A program made the position numbers and the translations under genes. From the sequence record OR525703.1: 44,710 nucleotides of DNA; one strand, 5' to 3'. Position 1 is the first letter of the stretch; each line of letters opens with the position of its first letter. Origin of the DNA: Escherichia phage vB-Eco-KMB36. Positions 26,575 through 34,007 of the stretch are shown here, one piece after another. The notes below the pieces were generated by a model that did not search any database, had not been told where the DNA came from, and was given only the letters and a program-made list of their open reading frames with translations.

Positions 26575-27070
26575 GGTTGCAAAACTCTCCGTGCAGTTTT
26601 GCCCTAAATTCTCTCAGCGATTCCTCTGCTTCATTTAGGTTCTGGAAATACCCAATCTGGTAGCGTGTACCTTTAAAAGCAACTCGAGCGCACCAAGCAT
26701 TATGAGGCTTACTCCAGTTAACCCCTTTCACGCCGCTGGTGTTCGTAACTGGGGTCTTGCGGTTATGGTTCTGTTGAAATTCATCCGCAAGCCGTAGGTT
26801 ACAAATCCGGTTATCGTCCCGTATGCCGTTAATATGGTCTATTTGCTTAGTTGGCATTTCTCCGTATACCCACCACCACGCCAGCCTGTGTGCGCGGTAA
26901 TACACCCTATTCCATCCTAACAATATGTACCCTTTACGGTCCTTGTAGGTAACAACATCTCCGGGTTTCGCGGTCTGGCATCTGTGCTTGACCCATTCAA
27001 ATATCCCGGTATCCGGGTCGTATGACAGAAAATTTTTTATGTCGTCACTTGGTGCTTTCATAATACGCAC
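26564..27070 (-). CDS. HNH homing endonuclease with AP2 domain
   Basis: QIDHINGIRDDNRICNL HNH core, AP2-like SGVKGVNWSKPHNAWCARV. Confidence 0.7.
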   Translation of the reverse strand: MRIMKAPSDDIKNFLSYDPDTGIFEWVKHRCQTAKPGDVVTYKDRKGYILLGWNRVYYRAHRLAWWWVYGEMPTKQIDHINGIRDDNRICNLRLADEFQQNHNRKTPVTNTSGVKGVNWSKPHNAWCARVAFKGTRYQIGYFQNLNEAEESLREFRAKLHGEFCNHGD

Positions 27071-27143
27071 CCCTCACGTTTCGTATGCTCAATCCCGCAG
27101 CGCGGGCAGATTCGGCAGTCTTCTTCGTAGAACCCGTAAATTT

Positions 27144-27275
27144 TCATTCCAGCACCCACAGATAAATTGCGATGAACATACCTAATACGGCTACCATCAT
27201 GCCGTATTGACCCTCATGACAGTAGACACCGGCGGCGAATCCCGCCAGTACCGCGATAATCAGTTTACTTAGCAT
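27144..27275 (-). CDS. hypothetical small membrane protein
   Basis: 43-codon hydrophobic ORF whose ATG overlaps the polymerase stop. Confidence 0.3.
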   Translation of the reverse strand: MLSKLIIAVLAGFAAGVYCHEGQYGMMVAVLGMFIAIYLWVLE

Positions 27276-30200
27276 AGCGTTTTAACTCCGCACCTTCCGC
27301 TACAAGAGGGAAACCCTCCGCCCACTCAGGCAGCGAACACATTAATTTTTCCAGTTCAGCCACCGTGTACTCTGGGGCATCTGGAGTTTCGCACACCAAT
27401 TCATCGTGTACCGAAAGCACGATGGGGTACCCGCCGCCTTCAACGTTAATCATCGCATACGCAAGTAAATCACGGCACAGCGCCTGAACAATGTTTTCGC
27501 AGGCTTTACCGCCGTGGGTGTACAGGGTAGTCCATTGGCGGGTTAACTGGTTTTCCCCCTGATACTTGATTCGCACATTCGTGTTTACCCGTCCGTCTTC
27601 GTCCGTTTCCTTTGTTACACTAACGCCGATTCCCGGATACGAGAGGATGCGACCTGACGGCAACTCCATGCATAACCACCAACCAGGAACCTCCCTGCCG
27701 GATGAATCAAATTCTACAGTACGCCATATGCGGATAGCCCTTTCCCCATTCCTTCGCAAGTGTGCTCCCGCCCAAAATTCACGACCAGGATTACGCACAG
27801 CGGCTAAAATTCCTTCTTTAAGGTCACGCCAGAACGCTACTGTTTCCGGGTGTGACTCGCGCCACATACGCTTGATTGCGTCGCATGTGCGCCACACTTT
27901 CTTGTCCAGAATATACGATGGTCGGTCATCCTTCTCACCTGGATGCGGGGGGCGCTTGGCTTCCTGGATGCGCGCCCATTCATATCCTCTCGCGGTGGCC
28001 GACCAGATGTGGTCCGGGAATGTACCGTCCATTGTTTTTGCCATCTCAATAAGGTCAAGACCTAAGTTTTTAGCAAACTGAACGAACGCCCCGACGCCAC
28101 CCTCGTAGCCTAGTCCAAGCTCGCAGTTATGCGCCACAAGAAAGCCAGAGCCTGAGGCTATAAGAAAACGGTTGCCGTCTTCCACATCAATCAGGTCGTA
28201 CACCGGCTCGCAGTAGGTTAATTTCCCGCTCAAGTTCAGCAATGCGGGCAACGGCTGCATCATACTTTCGTTGAAGCTCGGGTATTTGCCGTCTGTTTCG
28301 GCAGTTTTCAGAACGGCTGACAAACCGAATGTTTCCAGGTTCGTAGTTACCGTCTGTGTCGATTCTATCCATTTCGAGGTTCGGGTCATCCCAGCCTTCC
28401 AGAGTTTGAACATATCTAAGAAAAGACCTTTTATCAGTCCTCCACTGGTCGAATACCGTGATGCCTCTTGCCCCATAGTTTTTATAACCCTTATCCCTGG
28501 GGCTTGTTGTTCGCGTGATCGCCGCGGACAGCCGGTTGAGTAATCGCGTTCTGTGCGCATCATCCGGCATTGCGTCTTCGTAGCAGAAATACTGTTTACG
28601 ATATTTTTTTGTTGCTTCAAGGGCGCAGCGGTTGCATTGAGTGGTTTTACCCGCTCTGACGTTGTCATAATAGACCCGCCCCGGCATCTCTCCGCAATCA
28701 CATTGGACGAGTAGTTGTCTTTGGCCTTGTCGTTTTGGTAACTCGCGCAGGATAACCAAGCGTCCATACCTCTCTCCAGGGCGAGGCCCATCATATATCT
28801 GTTTGAAGCGAGTTGCTTTGCCTGCTTCCAGGAATGCGCCAAGATTTTGTGGTCTTCGGTCATTAGCACCCCGTCCACATTTATTACCGGTTTCCACCCC
28901 ATAAGGTGCGCGCCTTTTGTATTCACCCATTTTTCACCGCTCCATACTTTATCTGTTGATGTAACCGCCATAATATCCTTAAATCCGCCATCGGTCAAAA
29001 CTTGGGTATGACGGTGAAGGCACGCTTTACCAATCTGGCGCAAGTCTTTACGTTCTTTCTTAATATAGTCGGGGTCCATGCCAAACATCTTACCTGCGGT
29101 TACGCAATAAATATCCAACCCGGCGCGGAAAGTATCAAGCGCGGTTTCTTCGCCTGCCAACCACGCAAGCCCACGACCCTCAACGTTAGAGTAATCGGCA
29201 ACAACAAACTTATGCCCCACTTCCGGTATGATGCAGCTACGTACCGTCGATGCCGTTAGCTTGGCTACATCAAAACGGCGGTGTGCCCGGCCTTTAAGTA
29301 ACGCTGAAATGCCTTTATCCAGTTCATCATCGTGATAGTACCCGCGCGCCAGGTTCTGCGGCTGGAAGCCTTTACCCGCCCATCGCAGGGTACGTTTTGC
29401 CCCGCCATACTGTAAGCACCCGCGACGACGATCGTCAGACGAGCGGCCTAACAGCAGTGGGTTATATTTCGTTGACGCAGTGGATGCCGCCCCGAGGCGC
29501 ATTTCTATAATCGCGCGGGCATCGTCCGGTAAATCATCGTCTGCCAGCAGGTCGTTAAGCGTCGACTTCTGCGCGTTATGGATTCGGTGTGCTGGTGCGA
29601 GTTCACGCAGAATAGGCAGAAAGTCCTTACCGGTAAGCGAGCCGCCGTATTTGCGTTGGGCTTCTTCCTGTAACTGCGCTTTGTGTTTTTCCACGGCTTC
29701 GATTGCGGCTTCCGCCAGTGCAACGTCGACCTTAAACCCGCGGTCATTGATTAATTGGTCCAGCTCCAGTACACGGTCCTCGAACTCGGAGTTACCCCAA
29801 CGCGGCAGCTTATGGAAGACTTCGCGCATCGCAGTGATGTCGCTCACGGCGTACTTAATGAACAGCGCCCACTCGTCCGGGTGTGTTTCTGCGGTGTAGC
29901 GGCGGATTTTGTAATTCTTCGGTGTCGGTTTAGAGAAACGCTGAATCAGCGCCTTGCCGCGTTTATCTTTCGCGTTGTCCGCAGACACGCCCAACACTTC
30001 GCACAGTGCATCAAGTGACCCCGGCAGCGCGTGGCGAAACGCCCAAATCATCGTATCAATGGTGTTGCTTACCGGAATATCAAAGCCCCAGCAGTGCTTC
30101 ATGATGAGCCTGTCGAACATTAAAAAGTTATGGCCCACGATTTTCATACGTCCACGCATAACATTACGGAGAGCAACGCGGAGGCTTATTGGCATTACTG

Positions 30201-30360
30201 GTTCGGAAGTGCAATCCCATACTTCTACAGGACCGTCATCAACGGCATATGTACAAATTATAACCTCGGTCGTTGGATGCTCCGCGTACGCGTACGACCC
30301 AACTTTCTTTAAGTCCGCTCCAGAGAATGTCTCAGTATCTAGGTACAATAAACTAGTCAT
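27265..30360 (-). CDS. DNA polymerase I (family A) interrupted by an intein
   Basis: Exo motif YLDTETFS, polymerase motif A VADYSNVEGRG, C-terminal VHDELV; 299-aa insertion between RQIGKA and CELGLGYEGG. Confidence 0.8.
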   Translation of the reverse strand: MTSLLYLDTETFSGADLKKVGSYAYAEHPTTEVIICTYAVDDGPVEVWDCTSEPVMPISLRVALRNVMRGRMKIVGHNFLMFDRLIMKHCWGFDIPVSNTIDTMIWAFRHALPGSLDALCEVLGVSADNAKDKRGKALIQRFSKPTPKNYKIRRYTAETHPDEWALFIKYAVSDITAMREVFHKLPRWGNSEFEDRVLELDQLINDRGFKVDVALAEAAIEAVEKHKAQLQEEAQRKYGGSLTGKDFLPILRELAPAHRIHNAQKSTLNDLLADDDLPDDARAIIEMRLGAASTASTKYNPLLLGRSSDDRRRGCLQYGGAKRTLRWAGKGFQPQNLARGYYHDDELDKGISALLKGRAHRRFDVAKLTASTVRSCIIPEVGHKFVVADYSNVEGRGLAWLAGEETALDTFRAGLDIYCVTAGKMFGMDPDYIKKERKDLRQIGKACLHRHTQVLTDGGFKDIMAVTSTDKVWSGEKWVNTKGAHLMGWKPVINVDGVLMTEDHKILAHSWKQAKQLASNRYMMGLALERGMDAWLSCASYQNDKAKDNYSSNVIAERCRGGSIMTTSERVKPLNATAAPLKQQKNIVNSISATKTQCRMMRTERDYSTGCPRRSREQQAPGIRVIKTMGQEASRYSTSGGLIKGLFLDMFKLWKAGMTRTSKWIESTQTVTTNLETFGLSAVLKTAETDGKYPSFNESMMQPLPALLNLSGKLTYCEPVYDLIDVEDGNRFLIASGSGFLVAHNCELGLGYEGGVGAFVQFAKNLGLDLIEMAKTMDGTFPDHIWSATARGYEWARIQEAKRPPHPGEKDDRPSYILDKKVWRTCDAIKRMWRESHPETVAFWRDLKEGILAAVRNPGREFWAGAHLRRNGERAIRIWRTVEFDSSGREVPGWWLCMELPSGRILSYPGIGVSVTKETDEDGRVNTNVRIKYQGENQLTRQWTTLYTHGGKACENIVQALCRDLLAYAMINVEGGGYPIVLSVHDELVCETPDAPEYTVAELEKLMCSLPEWAEGFPLVAEGAELKRYAK
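28126..29022 (-). mobile_element. intein (Hint domain, 299 aa) in DNA polymerase
   Basis: CLHRHTQVLTDGGFKDI, TEDHKILAHS, VYDLIDVEDGNRFLIASGSGFLVAHN then Cys+1; boundaries checked on nucleotides. Confidence 0.65.
28187..28930 (-). CDS. HNH endonuclease gene overlapping the intein in the +1 frame
   Basis: Zinc ribbon CDCG...CNRC and HNH core DRIDTDGNYEPGNIRFVSRSENCRNRR; own GGAG RBS and ATG; frame offset from polymerase verified on nucleotides. Confidence 0.55.
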   Translation of the reverse strand: MGEYKRRAPYGVETGNKCGRGANDRRPQNLGAFLEAGKATRFKQIYDGPRPGERYGRLVILRELPKRQGQRQLLVQCDCGEMPGRVYYDNVRAGKTTQCNRCALEATKKYRKQYFCYEDAMPDDAHRTRLLNRLSAAITRTTSPRDKGYKNYGARGITVFDQWRTDKRSFLRYVQTLEGWDDPNLEMDRIDTDGNYEPGNIRFVSRSENCRNRRQIPELQRKYDAAVARIAELEREINLLRAGVRPD

Positions 30361-30826
30361 GGCAATAAAATTCCTTGTGCAGTTTTTCTCTTAATTTCTT
30401 TACGGCGCTTTCTGCTTCTTCAAGAGTTCCGTAGCTACCAGCGTTATAACTTTTGTAGTTAAAATGTACACGCCCGTAAAATCGGTTGCCGTTTTTAACT
30501 ACTCCCTTAACTCCGGTTCTAGCTCCCTTATTTTTAGCGTTTCGCACATTATCAGCGGTTGTTGCTTTCCTTAGGTTAGAAATCCTATTGTCTAACCTGT
30601 CACGGTTTATATGGTCAAGAGGCCCCTCGGGCCATTCACCGTACTCGAAAAACCAAGCAAGCCTGTGGGCCATGTAATATCTACCCATATAAGGTATGCG
30701 CCAGTATCCACTACTATTGATGCACCCAGCGATGTCTCCGGGTTTTCCTCGTCTGTACGTAGGTTGTATCCATGTGAATATTCCGGTTTCTCGGTTATAA
30801 CTAAGAAAATCTTTTATATGTTCCAT
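30353..30826 (-). CDS. HNH homing endonuclease with AP2 domain
   Basis: LDHINRDRLDNRISNL HNH core, AP2-like TGVKGVVKNGNRFYGRV; start at ATG 30826 after GGAG; stop overlaps polymerase start. Confidence 0.7.
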   Translation of the reverse strand: MEHIKDFLSYNRETGIFTWIQPTYRRGKPGDIAGCINSSGYWRIPYMGRYYMAHRLAWFFEYGEWPEGPLDHINRDRLDNRISNLRKATTADNVRNAKNKGARTGVKGVVKNGNRFYGRVHFNYKSYNAGSYGTLEEAESAVKKLREKLHKEFYCHD

Positions 30827-30834
30827 TCTGACTC

Positions 30835-30859
30835 CGGTAAAAAGGCCCAATGAAGGGCC
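30835..30859 (-). terminator. rho-independent terminator
   Basis: On minus strand GGCCCTTCATTGGGCC followed by TTTTT, immediately upstream of the HNH RBS. Confidence 0.6.
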
Positions 30860-30880
30860 TTAGTTAAATTGATTCAGATA

Positions 30881-31507
30881 TTAGCGACGGCGACGTTCGC
30901 GGCGTGGTGCTTCATCTTCTTCGTCATCCTCAAGGTCATTGACGCTTGCAGCGACTTTAGAACCACCGAACGCTTTACCTTCGCCTACGTATTTAATCGC
31001 CAGCAGGTTAACCCCGAGAACTTTATATTTCTGGCTGAACCAGATTTCGACGCTTACGTTAGCGACGCAGCCGCTGTAAACTTGTTCACCTTCAATCTGT
31101 TCGCCGTCTACATTGAAGTCCTGCTCTACCTGAGTCTCACCTTTTTTAGAGGTAACAATCAGCGGCTGTTTCTGTGCCTTCGCTTTGAAGTAGAAGCCCT
31201 CCGGGAAGTCTTCAAACGGATTGTCACGCTCAGCAATGTCTTTAATCGCACATTTATCCATGTGCTTACCTTCGCCGTAGTTAGACTTCATCCACTTCTC
31301 AGCGGCGGCTGCACCTAACGCTTCTTCAACTACAGCGTAAACGGTGTCGTAGAGCGCGTCGATTTGCGCGTGGTCGGACGGCAGGATAATAGTCGCGCTG
31401 TACTGACCTTTAGTGATTGAACCATCATCATTTTCACGGTCTTTTTCGCGTTCGAATACGTTAACCCAAGCAGTGTTTACTTTACGCAGATTTAATTTCA
31501 GCCCCAT
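30881..31507 (-). CDS. ssDNA-binding protein-like (acidic C-terminal tail)
   Basis: 208 aa with C-terminal DLEDDEEDE tail; adjacent to exonuclease gene. Confidence 0.4.
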   Translation of the reverse strand: MGLKLNLRKVNTAWVNVFEREKDRENDDGSITKGQYSATIILPSDHAQIDALYDTVYAVVEEALGAAAAEKWMKSNYGEGKHMDKCAIKDIAERDNPFEDFPEGFYFKAKAQKQPLIVTSKKGETQVEQDFNVDGEQIEGEQVYSGCVANVSVEIWFSQKYKVLGVNLLAIKYVGEGKAFGGSKVAASVNDLEDDEEDEAPRRERRRR

Positions 31508-31562
31508 TTCTCGATTCCTCAGTTTTCAGTTTACTCCGGGAGCTGCCCGGCCAGTGATTAGA

Positions 31563-31591
31563 ACTATAATAGCTAACTATTCAGGTGTCAA
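31563..31591 (-). promoter_or_regulatory. sigma70-like promoter with AATAG-N4-CTATT palindrome
   Basis: Minus strand reads TTGACA, 17 nt, TATAGT; palindrome at 31568..31581. Confidence 0.55.
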
Positions 31592-31595
31592 CACT

Positions 31596-32852
31596 TTATT
31601 CCAAATCTTCTTCACTAACCTGATTCCACTCAGGCCGTTTGTCGTCTGCCGTTGTGATGCATGGGGCACCTGGCTTACGTGTGATGAAGTCTTTCAGTTC
31701 TTCTTCCGGTATCACTTTAACAGCTTCGGTTGGCGTCATGAGCACTTCTTTAGTCAGCTTGTCGCCGTAGAGTTCTGTTACTTTCTCCGCGTCTTTCCAC
31801 GCACGATTGCCCATCTTACCTTCAACCAGCTTGTACCCAGGAACTTTCTTACCGGAATGCAACGCGGCAGCCATAGCTTTCTCAACCTTATCGATGTGCT
31901 GGCGCAACAGCGGCAGCTTCTCATACTCAGCTACGAGTTGCTCCGGCGTAAGTTCCAGTGCAAAGTCGTCTTCCAGTTCTTCCACCAGTACGGAATTAAC
32001 CGTCTTTGTACGCGCGGCGCATTGTTCTGAGAACCGGCACCACTGGCAACCATCGACCGACGGCCTGAAGTCCGACGCTTTCAGGTTCTTCTTACCGCGG
32101 AAATATGCATCTAACGCTAACAGGGCACGTTTCTGTGCGAACTTAGCGAACAGTTCCAGACCTTCGACCGAGATGTCCCACTCTGCCGCATCTCCCGCGT
32201 ACGGCTGGAAGATGACCAGGCGCACTACTGTGATGTTATACCGTCTCTTGAGTCGGCGATAAACACCGAGAGCGTAAAGCATAAGCTGCTTGTTTTCTTT
32301 CGCTTCGACACGATGTCGCCCGGTTTTAAGGTCACCGATAATTAGCATGTGCTCGTCGGTGTTAGCCAGTTCCTGAACGGCAACAAGGTCAGCGGTTCCG
32401 AACGTCTCGACACCTTCGTAACCCGGATGCAATACCTCAGTAAGATTGACACGCATTTCCAGCTTGGCGTAAGTCGCTACATCGATAACAGCTTTGCAGT
32501 AGTCGGTGTACTTGCGCACCTGCTCAATCATGTCAGCCGTAATCAGGACAGCGCCTTTCATCGGGCTAATTAGTGCCTTAATCTGGCCTTTGCCTTCATC
32601 CAGCACATAAGCGCCAACTTCGCGCTCTAACGGCAGCGCAGTGCCTCTGATGTACTGATTTAAATGGACCTCTGCTATGGTGTGCATGGCTGTACCTAAT
32701 ACCGCGGCTTTACCGGACGTGTTAGGGATATCTTTTTCACAGGCCAGCGATGCGGCGCAGGTTAACCACTTTTTAGCACCTGACGGCGACAGTAAGGCGT
32801 GCACATCGTTATTGCCGCCGCGTTCCTTTAAAATCATACTCTGTTCTCCCAC
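31596..32852 (-). CDS. PD-(D/E)XK exonuclease (Cas4/RecB-like, Cys cluster)
   Basis: IIGDLKTGR nuclease motif and C-terminal CQWCRFSEQC cluster. Confidence 0.6.
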   Translation of the reverse strand: MGEQSMILKERGGNNDVHALLSPSGAKKWLTCAASLACEKDIPNTSGKAAVLGTAMHTIAEVHLNQYIRGTALPLEREVGAYVLDEGKGQIKALISPMKGAVLITADMIEQVRKYTDYCKAVIDVATYAKLEMRVNLTEVLHPGYEGVETFGTADLVAVQELANTDEHMLIIGDLKTGRHRVEAKENKQLMLYALGVYRRLKRRYNITVVRLVIFQPYAGDAAEWDISVEGLELFAKFAQKRALLALDAYFRGKKNLKASDFRPSVDGCQWCRFSEQCAARTKTVNSVLVEELEDDFALELTPEQLVAEYEKLPLLRQHIDKVEKAMAAALHSGKKVPGYKLVEGKMGNRAWKDAEKVTELYGDKLTKEVLMTPTEAVKVIPEEELKDFITRKPGAPCITTADDKRPEWNQVSEEDLE

Positions 32853-33106
32853 TGGTCAATTAAATGCCTGGTCTGGTGCTGGCAGCGCATGGCCCACCCA
32901 TACATCGACTCGAAGACATAAAAGTCAGGCTTGGCGAAAGTCGCGCGTTTAATCTGCGACACGTGACGGCCTATATATTTAGGCCGCGGTACTTTGCCTA
33001 AGTACGCCATCTCTTCCATCTGGTGCGCACCGGACGGCGCACGCAACAGCCACAACGCCTCTGTGCCATCCCGCCTGTCAACGGCGCGGTAGAGTTGGTA
33101 AATCAT
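32834..33106 (-). CDS. hypothetical protein
   Basis: 90-aa ORF. Confidence 0.4.
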   Translation of the reverse strand: MIYQLYRAVDRRDGTEALWLLRAPSGAHQMEEMAYLGKVPRPKYIGRHVSQIKRATFAKPDFYVFESMYGWAMRCQHQTRHLIDQWENRV

Positions 33107-33149
33107 AATTCCGACCCTCAGTTAAAGCGGCCCTCGGGCCGCAGGATAG

Positions 33150-33650
33150 TTATTCTTCTTCGAAATACTTGTTCTTGATTGCTGTCAGTCGTTCCAGGTA
33201 TTCAGCCAGGTCTTCGTCTTTAATCGCGGCAATCTTCATCTTCTTACCGGTGAACTCTTCAAGCAGTTCATCGGAATCATCACACGCGGCGTCGCTCGGA
33301 CCTTCGTTAATCGCATCGTCGATAGCCTGAATCTGGTCACGCAGAGACTGGTAATCGACTTCTTCTTTCTCTTCTTCCGGTTCTGGCGTTGGTTCCTCTA
33401 CTTTAGCTTTACGCGGCTTGCGTTTAGGCTTCTCTTCTTCTGCTGGTTTAGTGTCAACGACGTCTTCACCTTCGACCGGGATTTCTTTTGTTTCTTCTTT
33501 AATACTTTCAGAGAACTGCTCAATTTTATGAGCGGCTACTGCGGCAGCCTCTTTGGCAGTAGTTGGCGCGAACTGTTTCGCGCTGTTCGCAGCAATCAGT
33601 TCATGTGCAACTACGAAACGTTCCAGTAATTTTAAGAATTGTTCTAACAT
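33150..33650 (-). CDS. acidic early protein
   Basis: 166 aa, strongly acidic with one basic patch KPKRKPRKAK; first gene downstream of the early promoter at 33682..33710. Confidence 0.45.
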   Translation of the reverse strand: MLEQFLKLLERFVVAHELIAANSAKQFAPTTAKEAAAVAAHKIEQFSESIKEETKEIPVEGEDVVDTKPAEEEKPKRKPRKAKVEEPTPEPEEEKEEVDYQSLRDQIQAIDDAINEGPSDAACDDSDELLEEFTGKKMKIAAIKDEDLAEYLERLTAIKNKYFEEE

Positions 33651-33681
33651 TTGTTTCTCTCCTCTCGTTTGGTATGGGCTA

Positions 33682-33710
33682 ACTATAATAGCGAACTATT
33701 CACATGTCAA
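33682..33710 (-). promoter_or_regulatory. sigma70-like promoter with AATAG-N4-CTATT palindrome
   Basis: Minus strand reads TTGACA, 17 nt, TATAGT; palindrome at 33687..33700. Confidence 0.55.
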
Positions 33711-33744
33711 TGGGCTTTTCTAAAATAATTAATATGGTACTATT
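33699..33744 (+). promoter_or_regulatory. candidate divergent promoter and second operator-like site for the XRE-family gene
   Basis: TTCACA, 16 nt, TAAAAT; degenerate palindrome AATAT-GGTA-CTATT at 33731..33744. Confidence 0.35.
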
Positions 33745-33774
33745 CACATATCAACTGACTAAGGAGTAATTGAC

Positions 33775-33990
33775 ATGCAACCATCTGAACTAGGAATCCG
33801 TGTAGAACAGCGCCGTAAAGAGCTCGGTATTTCCCAGCGCCGTCTGGCTGTCCTGACCGGCGTTTCCCAGGGTGCAATTAACCAGCTTGCGCTTGGAGTA
33901 ACTCAGGACGTCCGCCCGGCGACGCTGTTTAAACTGGCGGAAGTGCTACAAGTAGACGCTAAGTGGCTGGCGTTCGGTGAAGGGGCTTAA
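33775..33990 (+). CDS. XRE-family HTH transcriptional regulator (Cro/CI-like)
   Basis: ELGISQRRLAVLTGVSQGAINQL helix-turn-helix; divergent from the early operon. Confidence 0.65.
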   Translation: MQPSELGIRVEQRRKELGISQRRLAVLTGVSQGAINQLALGVTQDVRPATLFKLAEVLQVDAKWLAFGEGA

Positions 33991-34005
33991 AGCCCCTTTC
34001 TTTTT
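33981..34005 (+). terminator. rho-independent terminator
   Basis: AGGGGCTTAAAGCCCCT followed by TTCTTTTT. Confidence 0.6.
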
Positions 34006-34007
34006 AC

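Noticed and set aside
27566-28081. 171-aa plus-strand ORF (also 29480..29899 and 29954..30394)
   Set aside because: Antisense to the DNA polymerase gene; no start context or motifs.
31413-32030. 205-aa plus-strand ORF (also 31807..32262)
   Set aside because: Antisense to the exonuclease and SSB-like genes in a block that is otherwise transcribed leftward.
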